From the NCBI GenBank assembly GCA_963753975.1, contig CAVWEH010000001.1, positions 32,001 to 96,000 of the forward strand: a stretch of 64,000 bases of DNA, in the 5' to 3' direction. The position numbers and the translations under genes are program-made. The notes beneath the pieces were generated by a model. It was given only the letters and a program-made list of their open reading frames with translations. It had not been told where the DNA came from and did not search any database. The stretch comes from an uncultured delta proteobacterium (lineage in GTDB: Bacteria; Desulfobacterota; Syntrophia; Syntrophales; Smithellaceae). Positions 21,509 to 32,416 of this stretch are shown one piece after another. Position 1 is the first letter of the stretch. Each line of letters begins with the position of its first letter.

Positions 21509-21578
21509 TAATTCGAGTATAATTTTTGCTACGCGTTGCTTGCAAAAATTAAGTCTCATTAAAGGATGGTAATAAATC

Positions 21579-22043
21579 ATGCCAAAAATAATTGAAGGAA
21601 AAATCGTTGCCAAGGGAATGAAGTTTGGCATTGTGGCCAGTCGTTTTAATGATTTTATTTGCAGCAGGTTAATCGACGGGGCTATCGATGCGTTGATGAG
21701 AGCCGGCGCGGAGGAAAAAGATATTGCTATCTATAAAGTGCCCGGTTCCTTTGAATTACCGCTCACGGCGAAAAAATTGGCCAAAAGCAACCGCTTTGAC
21801 GCAGTAATTTGTCTGGGAGCCATCATTCGCGGCGCGACCCCGCACTTTGAGTTTATCAGCGCCGAAGTGTCCAAAGGCATCGCCAGCGTTGGCCTGGAGA
21901 CCGAAGTTCCGGTGGTATTCGGCGTATTGACGACGGATACGATCGAGCAAGCCATTGAACGCGCGGGAACGAAATCCGGCAACAAAGGCGCTGACGCGGC
22001 AATGACGGCAATAGAAATAGTTGATTTATTTAAAAAGATTTAA
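21579..22043 (+). CDS. ribH: 6,7-dimethyl-8-ribityllumazine synthase
   Basis: [19 protein letters not shown]. Confidence 0.97.
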   Translation: MPKIIEGKIVAKGMKFGIVASRFNDFICSRLIDGAIDALMRAGAEEKDIAIYKVPGSFELPLTAKKLAKSNRFDAVICLGAIIRGATPHFEFISAEVSKGIASVGLETEVPVVFGVLTTDTIEQAIERAGTKSGNKGADAAMTAIEIVDLFKKI

Positions 22044-22122
22044 GGCCAAACCTCTTTCTACAGGGCAATCAAACGGCTAAGAGGCAATTTAAATCGCAGT
22101 TTTATGAGGTTCGGGATTTTAA

Positions 22123-22581
22123 ATGCGCGGACGCAGAAAGGCACGGGAAATTGCCTTACAGGTTCTTTACAGTCTAAACTTTGTAAATATTGATGTGCAA
22201 AAGGCACTCGATCTTTTCTGGGGCAATTTTGTCGCCCCGAAAACAGCTAAAGAATTTGCCGCGGCTTTAGTGCAAGGTACATGGGAACACAAGGATGAGC
22301 TGGACCGGCTTATCGCCGGTTGTTCGGATAATTGGTCTTTGGGACGAATGTCCAAGGTGGATATCAGCATTTTGCGCATGGCCGTGTTTGAATTTCTCTA
22401 TTGTGACGATATTCCGCCGAAGGTTACCTTGAATGAAGCTATTGACCTGGGCAAGATTTTTGGTTCGGAAAATTCCGGATCTTTTATCAATGGCATCCTG
22501 GATGCGCTCAATTTAAAATTAAGCAATAAAAAGAATGCAAATACATCTATCGACAGAACCGCCCGACCTGCCAAAACATAA
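22123..22581 (+). CDS. nusB: Transcription antitermination factor NusB
   Basis: RRKAREIALQ, NEAIDL, FINGILD. Confidence 0.96.
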   Translation: MRGRRKAREIALQVLYSLNFVNIDVQKALDLFWGNFVAPKTAKEFAAALVQGTWEHKDELDRLIAGCSDNWSLGRMSKVDISILRMAVFEFLYCDDIPPKVTLNEAIDLGKIFGSENSGSFINGILDALNLKLSNKKNANTSIDRTARPAKT

Positions 22582-23086
22582 ATGTCTGGCGTTGGGTATT
22601 TTTTCCGATGAAAAACCGCCGCGCGGAATTTGTGGATTTATCGATTGGCGTCTCAACGGCTTGATTTCGAGAGAAATTAAACAAGGAAAAATCGGCGGAA
22701 AATTCGCGGAAAAGGTTATTATTCCCTTCCCTCAGCGCATTGGGACGGAAATTTTAATGCTCTTCGGTTTGGGGAATCGCGCTACGGCCAATCAGGATAG
22801 GATTCAAACCGCTGCTTACCAAATCATCAGCGCCGTAGACGCCCTGCTGCTGAATAACTTTGCCTTTGACCTGCCGGGAGAAAACCGTATCAGCATGGAT
22901 GCGGCAGATATCGCCCAAGCTATGGTCACAGGTTTTTTTGACTATCTGTCTAAAGATGAAGAAAAGCTCTCCAAAATGTCTCCCTGTATGATTACTTCCT
23001 CCGGCCATTTGAAAGAAGTATCGATGGGCATCAAGAATTTTCAGGCTAAAGTCAGGAACATTGGTACTGTTAAAATCGTCACTTAA
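22535..23086 (+). CDS. Peptidase M17 N-terminal-like domain protein
   Basis: FSDEKPPRG...IDWRLNGLIS, LFGLG; no M17 catalytic domain. Confidence 0.65.
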   Translation: MQIHLSTEPPDLPKHKCLALGIFSDEKPPRGICGFIDWRLNGLISREIKQGKIGGKFAEKVIIPFPQRIGTEILMLFGLGNRATANQDRIQTAAYQIISAVDALLLNNFAFDLPGENRISMDAADIAQAMVTGFFDYLSKDEEKLSKMSPCMITSSGHLKEVSMGIKNFQAKVRNIGTVKIVT

Positions 23087-23194
23087 AAAACATTTTTACC
23101 TAAACATTTAATTCCGGCTGTGCGGAAGGACATCTTGTAGTGAAGATATCGTTCCGACGGTGAGCGGAAGCTTTAATTGCACAATCTGTAAATT

Positions 23195-23554
23195 ATGAGC
23201 AACGATAACTTGAACCCCGCCGGCTCAAAAAATAAATACCTGCCCTCTTTGCCCCGCTGGCGGAGGTGGTTAAAATGTCTTCAGGCCGAAAGTATTCCCT
23301 GGCCCGGCTGTTTCTTTTATAACGCTGTCAGCACGACTGGTATATTCCAAAAACACTACGACCTTACTGCCAAAGATATCACCAGATATTGTTCCACGGG
23401 CAAATTACTGGATATCGGTACCGGCCCCGGCTGGCTTTTGCTGAAATTGCATCAGCTTGCCCCGGCACTTGATTTTTCCCCTCCTAGCGCTAAAACTATT
23501 CAATATTCAATCTTATCTGTGGTCGGGAAACGCAAAAGTCTCATCTGGGCATAA
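23195..23554 (+). pseudogene. Truncated class I SAM-dependent methyltransferase
   Basis: Motif I LLDIGTGPG present; resemblance to the fold ends about 10-15 aa later and the ORF runs into the convergent gene. Confidence 0.65.
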
Positions 23555-25175
23555 TGTATTTTTGTTCGTCTTTAGGCACGTACCACTTGATAAAATTATA
23601 ATCGAGGCCGATTGGCGCGGGTGTAATACCGCGAAAGCGGTTGCTGATGATGATCAATTCCTCCGGCACATAAAGAAAGGTATAGGGCTGCTCTTCCGCC
23701 AGTATTTCCTGAAACCTATCATAGTATTTTTTTCTTTCCTTTTGGTTAAAGGTGCTACGGCCTTCATCCAGTAATTCGTCGACTTCTTTGTTCTTATAAG
23801 AGATGAAGTTCAATTCTTCCGGCGCGGTTTTGCTGGAATGCCAGACATCATAAGCATCGGGATCTAAGGGAATAGTCCAGCCCAGAATGACAGCGTCAAA
23901 GCGCCGCTTATTGATAAAATCGTTCACAAATGCCGCCCACTCCAGTATTCTGATTTTTACATTGATGCCTATTTCTTTTAGCTGTCGTTGAATTATTTCC
24001 GCGCATTTCTGGCGCGTCTCATTTCCCTGATTAGTGATTATCTCAAAAGCAAAAGGTTGGCCGCCTTTTTCTAAAATGCCGTCGCTATTGACATCGATCC
24101 ATCCGGCCTCGCGTAAAAGTGCTTTTGCTTTCTGAGGATTGTAGGAATAGGTTTTAACGTTGCCGTTATAAGCCCACGTCCCCGGTTTGTAAGGGCCTGT
24201 GGCCGGCTTACCCAGGCCCAGGAGAACCCCGCTGATAATTTCCTCTTTATTAATGGCGTAGGAAATTGCCTGACGAACTCTTTTGTCAGTGAAGAGCGGA
24301 TTTTTTAGATTGTAGCCGAGGTAAGTGTATTTAAAACCGAGGTAGCGATACTTGTTAAAATTATTTTTGAATAAATTATTTTCCGTCTGCCGCGTGTATT
24401 GCAGCGGTGTTAAGTCCATATAACTGATGCCCTGGGCGCGCAATTCCAGAAACATGGTGGCCGTATCCGGAATGATACGGGTGATATAACCGTCAATGTA
24501 AGGACGCCCTTCAAAGTAATCGGGATTGGATATAAGAACAATTTTTTGGCCGGCAACCCATTCTTTAAACATATAAGGGCCGGTGCCGATAGGCCGGCGC
24601 TTAAGGGGGCTTTTCGTTATATCACGCCCTGCCAGAAGATGTCGGGGCAGGATAGCGCTGCCCCAGCTAATCAGCGCCGGGGCAAACGGCTTGTCATAGG
24701 TTACGCGGAAAGTATAATCGTCGAGAATTTCCGCCTTTTTCACTTTCAGAAAATCTCCCGAATAAGCCGTTGGCGTTTTCGGATCAACTGTCACCTGATA
24801 AGTGTAAAGAACATCGGCGGCGGTAAACGGATGGCCGTCATGCCACTTAACTCCTTTGCGCAAATGAAAGGTGATGACGAGGCCGCTTACGGAAATTTGC
24901 CAGGATTCGGCCAGATCGCCGACAATATTCATATCTTTGTCATACTTCACGAGACCGTTATAAACCAGCCCGGCAATATTGTGCGACGGCGAATCGGAAG
25001 CAAGCAGTGGAATCAAATTGCTCGCATCTCCGATATCACCCCGGACCATTATATCGCCATAGGCGGGAGGTTTTACGGACAATTGCTGCGGCTTTTCTTC
25101 TGTATGCTCTTTGCCGCAAGCGAGAAGCATTATCAGAGTCAAAAATGAAATAATTAAAAAACGAATCATACGCAT
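23541..25175 (-). CDS. Peptide ABC transporter substrate-binding lipoprotein (family 5)
   Basis: Lipobox LLAC, GDLAESW, KWHDG, PIGTGPY. Confidence 0.92.
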   Translation of the reverse strand: MRMIRFLIISFLTLIMLLACGKEHTEEKPQQLSVKPPAYGDIMVRGDIGDASNLIPLLASDSPSHNIAGLVYNGLVKYDKDMNIVGDLAESWQISVSGLVITFHLRKGVKWHDGHPFTAADVLYTYQVTVDPKTPTAYSGDFLKVKKAEILDDYTFRVTYDKPFAPALISWGSAILPRHLLAGRDITKSPLKRRPIGTGPYMFKEWVAGQKIVLISNPDYFEGRPYIDGYITRIIPDTATMFLELRAQGISYMDLTPLQYTRQTENNLFKNNFNKYRYLGFKYTYLGYNLKNPLFTDKRVRQAISYAINKEEIISGVLLGLGKPATGPYKPGTWAYNGNVKTYSYNPQKAKALLREAGWIDVNSDGILEKGGQPFAFEIITNQGNETRQKCAEIIQRQLKEIGINVKIRILEWAAFVNDFINKRRFDAVILGWTIPLDPDAYDVWHSSKTAPEELNFISYKNKEVDELLDEGRSTFNQKERKKYYDRFQEILAEEQPYTFLYVPEELIIISNRFRGITPAPIGLDYNFIKWYVPKDEQKYIMPR

Positions 25176-25263
25176 AAAAACAAATTAGCGCAGCAGCTTC
25201 GCCATTGCAATAAAATTTTACAAGTTGTAGGATTATTAATCCCCATCGCCTCACCGGACTTTT

Positions 25264-26832
25264 ATGTTTAAAAAGAAGAAAGGCACATCACCGGGAATAA
25301 ACCAGCGCTCCGAATCATTAAAAATGAAGGCGGCCAGCGGTTGGGATATTCTGGCTGATTCTTTTAAAAATTATAGCGCCAATGGCGACGCCAATCAGGC
25401 GGCGGCAGTTGCTCTCTATACAATCCTTTCGGCTATTCCGCTTTTTATCCTGACAAGTATTGTTGCGGGATATATTTTCAGCTCATATCCGCACATTCAA
25501 GGCGATATAATCTATGCCATCAGAGGTTTTCATCCTTATTTTTCCGAAAAGCTCGTGGCGCAGTTAGGCCAAATTGAAAGTAAAAGGCATTTGCTGGGCT
25601 GGGTGGGGCTGCTGGGATTGGTATGGCTTTCCGCGATGATTTTCAATTCCTTGGAAAAGGCTCTAAACATTATTTTTCGTTCTCAGAAAGAGCGCAATTA
25701 TTTTGTCTCCAAGCTGCTGGCCATTTCCATGATCCCTATGGGATGGATTGTAGGCACGATCAGTGTTGCTATCAGCTATGTAGCCGCCCTGCTGGTGAAC
25801 ACGCCTGCGGAAATAGCCGGTGGAATTGACATTTCTCTTTCCGCCATGCCGGGAGCGTTATTGCGTTACGGTGTTCCTTATTTAATCACGGTTATTTTCT
25901 TTTACTTCGTTTATCGGGTAATACCCGCGGCAAAAATTCGTTCTTCTGTTGCTTTAGCCGGCAGCGCTATTTTTGCCCTGCTTATGGAAATCGCCAAGCA
26001 GCTCTTCACTTGGCACATCGCCAATTATACTCGTTACAATGTAATATTTGGTTCTTTGGAAGCAGTCGTCATTCTGGTTATCTGGGTATTTTATCTAGCT
26101 CTTATTTTTCTTTTTTGCGCGGAGCTTATGTCCTCGTATCAGCGCCGTAATCTGATATTATTAGAAAGAGTAATGCTCAAACCCCGCAAAACAAACATGA
26201 AAGTTGACGAACGGCTCTTTAAAAAATTCGGCCGCGTCTATGAGAAAGACAGCATCATCTTTAACGAAGGCGACAGCGGCCACGAAATGTTTTTTATCCT
26301 TTCCGGACGGGTTCGTTTGGAGAGGGTTTCCTGTCAGGTAAAAAAAGTAGTGGCCGAAATGGAGGCTGGACAATATTTTGGTGAAATGGCCGCGCTCATT
26401 GATATTCGCCGCAGCGCTACCGCGCGTGCGCTTGCGGACAGTCATCTGGCGGCGATTGATGGCGATACGTTCCGTGATTTGATGAGAGAAAGCCAGGAAG
26501 TCGGTATTGTCATGCTCCAGGAATTTTCCCGCCGCTTAAAAAAATCAAACACGGCCCTTGACGAATTAACCAACCTGTGGACACGTATGGTTATTGTAAT
26601 TTATTTTATGGATTACGCGCAGGTTGTTATTGAAGAGCACTTGCCGAGACTTACACTGCTCACTCATAAAGAGACAGCAGAAATCAGGGAATTAATAAAT
26701 GAGCTTGCTCTGCAGAATATATTTATCATCAAGGACGGATCGATGATGGAAGTGGCCAGAGCAAAAATGTGGTCACTGCTCGATTCCGGCGCGCTCAGTA
26801 GATGTTTTATCGAAGACGCAGACAAAATCTGA
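25264..26832 (+). CDS. YihY/BrkB membrane domain fused to a cyclic-nucleotide-binding domain
   Basis: N-terminal multi-TM YihY (AAAVALYTILS, YNVIFGSL); C-terminal IFNEGD, GQYFGEMAAL...RSATARA. Confidence 0.82.
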   Translation: MFKKKKGTSPGINQRSESLKMKAASGWDILADSFKNYSANGDANQAAAVALYTILSAIPLFILTSIVAGYIFSSYPHIQGDIIYAIRGFHPYFSEKLVAQLGQIESKRHLLGWVGLLGLVWLSAMIFNSLEKALNIIFRSQKERNYFVSKLLAISMIPMGWIVGTISVAISYVAALLVNTPAEIAGGIDISLSAMPGALLRYGVPYLITVIFFYFVYRVIPAAKIRSSVALAGSAIFALLMEIAKQLFTWHIANYTRYNVIFGSLEAVVILVIWVFYLALIFLFCAELMSSYQRRNLILLERVMLKPRKTNMKVDERLFKKFGRVYEKDSIIFNEGDSGHEMFFILSGRVRLERVSCQVKKVVAEMEAGQYFGEMAALIDIRRSATARALADSHLAAIDGDTFRDLMRESQEVGIVMLQEFSRRLKKSNTALDELTNLWTRMVIVIYFMDYAQVVIEEHLPRLTLLTHKETAEIRELINELALQNIFIIKDGSMMEVARAKMWSLLDSGALSRCFIEDADKI

Positions 26833-26882
26833 CATTGACTTTAGAAATAGTCTATCCTTGGACCGATGAGTTAAACGATTCT

Positions 26883-26943
26883 TACTTCCTGAAATATTGC
26901 TTTTCTCATTTTCCTAATTCACACAACATTTTAATCGGAAATA
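26883..26943 (-). repeat. R-type half of the dispersed bipartite site (degenerate)
   Basis: TACTTCCTGA-N28-ACAC-N4-TTTTAA-N4-AAATA versus consensus TTCTTCCTGT-N28-ATGC-N4-TTTCAA-N4-TAATC. Confidence 0.45.
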
Positions 26944-27033
26944 ATCAAAATACTGCTGGACTCTAATTTAATGTGTGATAAACACTTCTAAAAATCCTCC
27001 GGAATTTGGATTGAATATAAGGACAAAGAAACA

Positions 27034-28794
27034 ATGCCAACTTTACGAGGAATGTTGAACCCGGAAACAACCCAAAATAAGAATTTGACTTCGGTCTTGA
27101 TTTGTCTGGCGCTGGCGATACTCACGGTTATCATTTTTTGGTCCCTCAAGGACTGTGGCTTTATCAACTTTGATGACGATTTCTATGTATATGAAAATGC
27201 TTATGTACAATCCGGCCTGAACTGGAATAGTGTAATACAGGCCTTTTCATTTGAATTGGTAGAGATAAGCGGCAATTGGCATCCATTAACGTGGCTGTCA
27301 TTAATGTTTGACCATCAAATCTTCGGCCTTAGCCCGTCCGGTTATCATCTGATAAATCTTCTCTTCCATGTTATGAACACCATCCTCCTTTTTCTGGTAT
27401 TACGCCAGATGACAAAGACACTCTGGCCAAGTGCCTTAGTGGCCTGTCTCTTTGCGATACATCCTCTCCATGTAGAGTCTGTCGCCTGGATAGCAGAACG
27501 CAAAGATGTTCTTTCAACTTTCTTCTGGATGCTTACCATGGGAGCGTACAGCTATTATGTTGAACATCCGGGAGTTCGTAGGTATTTTCTTGTCCTTCTG
27601 TTTTTTGTCCTGGGTCTGATGGCGAAATCCATGCTGGTAACCCTCCCTTTTGTATTGCTGCTTTTGGATTACTGGCCCTTGCGGCGTTTTCAGAAAATAA
27701 AACCAGATCCCAAAGTTCAAGCTGAAGTGCCCAAGCGGTCAACGATCTATCCGCTATTCCGGGAAAAAGCCCCCCTTTTTGTCCTGGCAATACTTTCAGG
27801 GATAGCAACATACATCGCACAACAGAATAAAGGATATGTGCAATCTCTTGAATTATTTCCCCTATCTGTTCGGATTGGGAATGCCTTCGTTGCCTATATC
27901 ATTTACATTAAAAAAATGATCTGGCCCAGCAATCTTGCTGTTTTTTATCCCCATTCAAGTTTATTAGTACCTTGGCAGGTTTTGGGATCCGTATTCCTTC
28001 TCATCGCAATCACCTTAGTAGTTATCTGGAGGGCAAAGAAATTCCCTTATCTGGCAACAGGTTGGCTATGGTATATAGGTACACTTGTGCCTGTTATCGG
28101 TATCGTAAAGGTCGGCAATCAGGCCTTGGCGGACCGGTACACTTATATACCCCTGATAGGGTTATTCATCATAGTGGCATGGGGTGTTCCGGATCTCTTT
28201 AAAAAATGGAATCACCGAAAAGAAATATTTTGGACATCAGCTGCATTGAGTATTTTGTGCCTTTCAATTATTACCTGGACACAAGTCAACTACTGGCGGA
28301 ATAATATTACACTATATGATTATACCTTGAAAGTCACTGAAGATAATTGGATCATTTATAATAGCAGGGGCAATGCCTATAAAGGCCTCGGCAATTACAA
28401 GCAAGCGATTGAGGATTATAACAGGACGATCGAGATCAAACCGAATTGTGCGGTGGCTTATTATAACAGGGGTATTGCCTATTACAAACTCGGCAATTAC
28501 AGACAAGCGATTGAAGATTATAGCGAGGCGATCGAAATCAGACCGGCTTATGTAGAGGCTTATAATAATCGGGGCACTGTCTATAACATCCTCGATAATT
28601 GCCACCAAGCGATTGAAGATTATAACAAAGCGATCCAGATCAAACCGGGTCATGTAAGTGCCTATAATAACCGAGCCCTTATTTATCTAAAACAAGGCGA
28701 TAATATCTCCGGATGTCGCGACGCACGAAAAGCATGCGAACTGGGGAATTGTAAATTATTGGAATTCGTAAATACCAGAAGATTATGCCGCTGA
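27034..28794 (+). CDS. TMTC-like membrane glycosyltransferase with C-terminal TPR repeats
   Basis: FDD, WHPLTWLS, HPLHVESVAW, ADRYTY and tandem TPRs (YNxRG...AIEDY). Confidence 0.85.
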   Translation: MPTLRGMLNPETTQNKNLTSVLICLALAILTVIIFWSLKDCGFINFDDDFYVYENAYVQSGLNWNSVIQAFSFELVEISGNWHPLTWLSLMFDHQIFGLSPSGYHLINLLFHVMNTILLFLVLRQMTKTLWPSALVACLFAIHPLHVESVAWIAERKDVLSTFFWMLTMGAYSYYVEHPGVRRYFLVLLFFVLGLMAKSMLVTLPFVLLLLDYWPLRRFQKIKPDPKVQAEVPKRSTIYPLFREKAPLFVLAILSGIATYIAQQNKGYVQSLELFPLSVRIGNAFVAYIIYIKKMIWPSNLAVFYPHSSLLVPWQVLGSVFLLIAITLVVIWRAKKFPYLATGWLWYIGTLVPVIGIVKVGNQALADRYTYIPLIGLFIIVAWGVPDLFKKWNHRKEIFWTSAALSILCLSIITWTQVNYWRNNITLYDYTLKVTEDNWIIYNSRGNAYKGLGNYKQAIEDYNRTIEIKPNCAVAYYNRGIAYYKLGNYRQAIEDYSEAIEIRPAYVEAYNNRGTVYNILDNCHQAIEDYNKAIQIKPGHVSAYNNRALIYLKQGDNISGCRDARKACELGNCKLLEFVNTRRLCR

Positions 28795-28819
28795 TTTAAT
28801 AAGCATACTCTATCATTAA

Positions 28820-28876
28820 TTACAGATAGTAGTCCTCACTTCAATTCAAAATTGAGAATATTTATTTGTAGGTGAA
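28820..28876 (-). repeat. L-type half of the dispersed bipartite site
   Basis: TTACAG-N4-TAGTC-N33-GTAGGTGAA. Confidence 0.55.
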
Positions 28877-29181
28877 GTAAAGTATCGTAATTATAATCTA
28901 GCTTTGATCAATTAATAAGTTTTGTTTAAAAATAAAAAAGGGGCATGATTAGAAGTAAAGAATTCCGGCAGGCGCTGAATAAGCATCGTTTCCGGCGCTT
29001 TGCCGTGGCTTAATCTCCCTTTTGCCATCCTCTATAAACCTCTCAAATCGCCTCTCCGAATCTTCTGCAGTATCTCTGTTTGTTTTATCAGTCGCCTTCT
29101 ATCATTAACTTCTAAACCGGGCAGTTTATATTCTACACAACCGGACATATTATGTGCTTTTTAGAATTACCATATTATTTC

Positions 29182-29232
29182 TTGACAGATTCAACGGACA
29201 AATATAAATATGTTGTCATGACAACATATTTA
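29182..29232 (+). promoter_or_regulatory. Sigma70 promoter with overlapping MarR-type operator
   Basis: TTGACA at 29182; perfect 28-bp palindrome TAAATATGTTGTCA|TGACAACATATTTA at 29205-29232. Confidence 0.85.
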
Positions 29233-29256
29233 GAAAAATGAACAAAAATTGTTTTA

Positions 29257-29709
29257 ATGAGAAAAAAGATCAAACCATTATTTTTAGATGAATCGCTAGG
29301 GTTCTGGCTATACCGTAGCCATATTCAAGTATCCGCTGCTTTGCGCCAGGCGTTTCAGGATGCAGGCTATGATTTAACACCGGAGCAATGGGCGGTGTTG
29401 TTGCGTCTGCGGGAACAAGAAGGACTGAATCAAAGTCAATTGGGAGAAAAGACTTTCAAAGACCGTCACAACATTACCCGCATTCTCAAACAACTGGACA
29501 AGCGGGGATATATTGAAAAACGTCATGATAAAAAAGATAAACGCGCTTTTCACGTTTATTTAGCTCCGGCGGGGCGCAATATTTTAAAGGAATTGAAACC
29601 CATGGTATTGAAGCACCGTAATCGGGTGTGTAAAGGTTTTAGCAAAGATGAGTTGTTAAAGATTCGTGATTATCTTGGACATATAGTTAATAATCTGCGG
29701 CGTTCGTAA
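29257..29709 (+). CDS. MarR family regulator
   Basis: LTPEQWAVL, DKRAFHVYL winged-helix pattern. Confidence 0.92.
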   Translation: MRKKIKPLFLDESLGFWLYRSHIQVSAALRQAFQDAGYDLTPEQWAVLLRLREQEGLNQSQLGEKTFKDRHNITRILKQLDKRGYIEKRHDKKDKRAFHVYLAPAGRNILKELKPMVLKHRNRVCKGFSKDELLKIRDYLGHIVNNLRRS

Positions 29710-29790
29710 TTATGATAAATAATGCATCGGAATAGGTAAATTTAAGTTGATGCAAATAAATAAAATAGTTTCAAAGTTAGAAGGAAAAAT

Positions 29791-30837
29791 ATGAAAAAAT
29801 GGGGATTCAGAATATTTGCTGTTACTCTAATCGCGGCGGCGGTTGTATATGGAATTGTGTATTTCATTCACTCCCTCTCTCACGAAAGTACTGACGACGC
29901 ATATGTGTCGGGTACTATTGTTCCCATTGCCGCTGAGGTAAAAGGCAGGGTGGTTAAGGTGTATATTGACGACAATCAATATATTGATGCCGGAAAGCCA
30001 CTCTTGGAAATTTACCGGCAGGATTATCTCGATCTGGTTAAAGAAAAAAAAGAGGCTATATACAGATTGACTTCCGAAGAAAATGAGCATGCAGCAGCTA
30101 TTGAGGAAAAAGAAAAAACTCTGACCAAAGCACGAGCCAATCTGGATGTAGCGATAAGCGAAGAAGACCTGGCGCAAAAGGAAGTGCAACGTTATGAAAG
30201 TTTGCTGAAAAAAGATGCCATATCCCAAAATCAATATGATCAAGTAAAATCGCGCTGGCAGGTAACGGTCGCCCGCCGCCAGGCTGCTGCTGCCGCTATC
30301 GATGAAGCGGAGGCTGCGGTCAAAGCTATCAAGGCAAAGTACGCGACTCAGTCTTTTAGAATCAAGGAAGCACAAGCAACAAAAAATCTGGCTGAGCGTG
30401 ATTTGGCAAGGACTGTCGTTATCGCGCCTATCAGCGGCAGAATTGCCATGAAAAATGTCGATCCGGGGAAATATGTGATGCCGGGGCAGGCTCTGCTTGC
30501 TATCGTAAAAGAAGATATCTGGGTAATTGCCAATTTCAAAGAAACTCAAATAACAAAAATGACGGTCGGCCAGCCGGTGGAGATTAAAGTTGATGCCTAT
30601 CCCTCAGTAACCTTCTCGGGCCATGTCGACAGTCTACAGTCCGGTACCGGTTCCGTCTTCAGTTTACTCCCTCCGGAGAATGCGACAGGCAATTTTGTGA
30701 AAGTTGTGCAAAGGGTTCCGGTTAAAATTGTTATCGATTCCAAATTCGACCCACGACATCCTCTGTGGCCGGGTCTGTCGGTTGTTCCCACTGTTGATGT
30801 AAGCCGCCAGACTGGGCCAAAATTGTTGAAACAATAG
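29791..30837 (+). CDS. EmrA/HlyD family membrane fusion protein
   Basis: STDDAYV, ANFKETQ, PENATGNFVKVVQRVPV. Confidence 0.93.
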   Translation: MKKWGFRIFAVTLIAAAVVYGIVYFIHSLSHESTDDAYVSGTIVPIAAEVKGRVVKVYIDDNQYIDAGKPLLEIYRQDYLDLVKEKKEAIYRLTSEENEHAAAIEEKEKTLTKARANLDVAISEEDLAQKEVQRYESLLKKDAISQNQYDQVKSRWQVTVARRQAAAAAIDEAEAAVKAIKAKYATQSFRIKEAQATKNLAERDLARTVVIAPISGRIAMKNVDPGKYVMPGQALLAIVKEDIWVIANFKETQITKMTVGQPVEIKVDAYPSVTFSGHVDSLQSGTGSVFSLLPPENATGNFVKVVQRVPVKIVIDSKFDPRHPLWPGLSVVPTVDVSRQTGPKLLKQ

Positions 30838-30844
30838 AGGTTCC

Positions 30845-32398
30845 ATGGACGAAAGCCACGGTCCACATAAATGGTTAATTGCTCTGACAGTCATGACCGG
30901 TACTATCATGTCTGCGCTGGACATAAGCATCGTCAATGTAGCCCTGCCGCACATGCGCGGCACGCTGGGCGCCTCCGTGGAAGAAATTACCTGGGTTTCC
31001 ACCGGATATATTCTGGCCAATGTCATCATTATGCCGATAGTTGCTTTTTTAAGCTCACGTTTCGGCCGCAAGAATTTTTATATTTTTTCCGTATTGCTGT
31101 TTACCGTTTCATCCATGCTTTGCGGAATAGCATGGGACCTTACCTCCATGGTAATATTCCGGATAATGCAGGGCATCGGCGGCGGTACGCTGATACCGGT
31201 TTCGCAATCAGTACTGCGAGAAACATTTCCGCCTAAAGAACAGGCTATGGCTATGGGAATTTTCGGGGTGGGTGTAATGCTGGGGCCGGCAATCGGCCCG
31301 ACCCTTGGCGGATGGCTTACCGACAATTATTCCTGGCCGTGGATATTTTATATTAATGTTCCGATTGGTTTTATCAATATCCTGCTGATTATGAAGTTTA
31401 TAGAGGATCCGCACTATCTTGTCCGGCAAACCGGCAAGGTTGATGTTCTCGGCCTATCCCTCATGATGGTTGGCTTGGGAGCATTGCAGACGATGTTGGA
31501 GCAGGGAGAAATAAACGATTGGTTTTCTTCGGAATTTATTATTTATCTTTTTGTAGTCGCCGCATTGGGGCTGATATTATTTGTCTGGCGGGAATTGAAG
31601 GTGGAAAATCCGGCAGTAAATCTGCGCATTTTAAAAGATATCAATTTCAGTTCAGCGACGTTTCTGAATGGCCTTCTGGGCTTGGCGCTGATGAGCAGTC
31701 TTTTTATCCTGCCGTTATTCTTGCAGCAGCTTTTGGGCTATCCGGCTTTAGATTCGGGACTGGCGCTTATTCCCCGATCTGTAGCCATGCTCGTGATCAT
31801 GCCGCTTGCCGGGAGAATTTATAATCGAGTAGGCCCCCGGCTGATGATAGGGGCGGGATTGCTTCTAAATGCGGTTTCATTTTATCAACTTTCCATTCTT
31901 TCCCTGAGCATAGGTTTTTGGGACATATTATTACCCCAATTTTTACAAGGAGTCGGATTCGCATTAATTTTTGTTTCTTTAAGCACGGCAGCACTTTCCA
32001 CCATTGAAAAACAGATGCTGACTGCTGCGGCAGGACTTTATAACGTTGTGCGGCAGGTGTTTAGTAGTGTCGGCATTGCTCTGGCCGCTACAATACTAAC
32101 CCGCGGAGAACAAACCAACAGGTCACTACTGATGGAACATATAACCGCATTCGGCAATACCAGTGCGGAAACTTTGCGTTCTCTATCTCAATATTTTTCT
32201 TCCCATGGTATGAACATTACCGATGCCCAAAACAAGGCATTGAAAGCAATTGAAGAAATAGTGATGAGGCAGGCCAGTATGATTTCTTTCAATCATGTAT
32301 TTTTTCTGATCGCAGTGGTTTTCGTTATTTCCACACCCTTAATATTTTTAATAAACGATTTAAGAAGAGAAATAAAAGCGGAAATCATTAACGAATAG
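30845..32398 (+). CDS. DHA2 family MFS efflux permease (EmrB-like)
   Basis: LDISIVNVALP, GPAIGPTLGG, WIFYINVP. Confidence 0.93.
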   Translation: MDESHGPHKWLIALTVMTGTIMSALDISIVNVALPHMRGTLGASVEEITWVSTGYILANVIIMPIVAFLSSRFGRKNFYIFSVLLFTVSSMLCGIAWDLTSMVIFRIMQGIGGGTLIPVSQSVLRETFPPKEQAMAMGIFGVGVMLGPAIGPTLGGWLTDNYSWPWIFYINVPIGFINILLIMKFIEDPHYLVRQTGKVDVLGLSLMMVGLGALQTMLEQGEINDWFSSEFIIYLFVVAALGLILFVWRELKVENPAVNLRILKDINFSSATFLNGLLGLALMSSLFILPLFLQQLLGYPALDSGLALIPRSVAMLVIMPLAGRIYNRVGPRLMIGAGLLLNAVSFYQLSILSLSIGFWDILLPQFLQGVGFALIFVSLSTAALSTIEKQMLTAAAGLYNVVRQVFSSVGIALAATILTRGEQTNRSLLMEHITAFGNTSAETLRSLSQYFSSHGMNITDAQNKALKAIEEIVMRQASMISFNHVFFLIAVVFVISTPLIFLINDLRREIKAEIINE

Positions 32399-32416
32399 AT
32401 AACCGGGGAGGTGGGC

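Noticed and set aside
28360..28680. DNA repeats as a mobile or diversity-generating element
   Set aside because: They are in-frame 102-bp TPR coding repeats; no reverse transcriptase is present.
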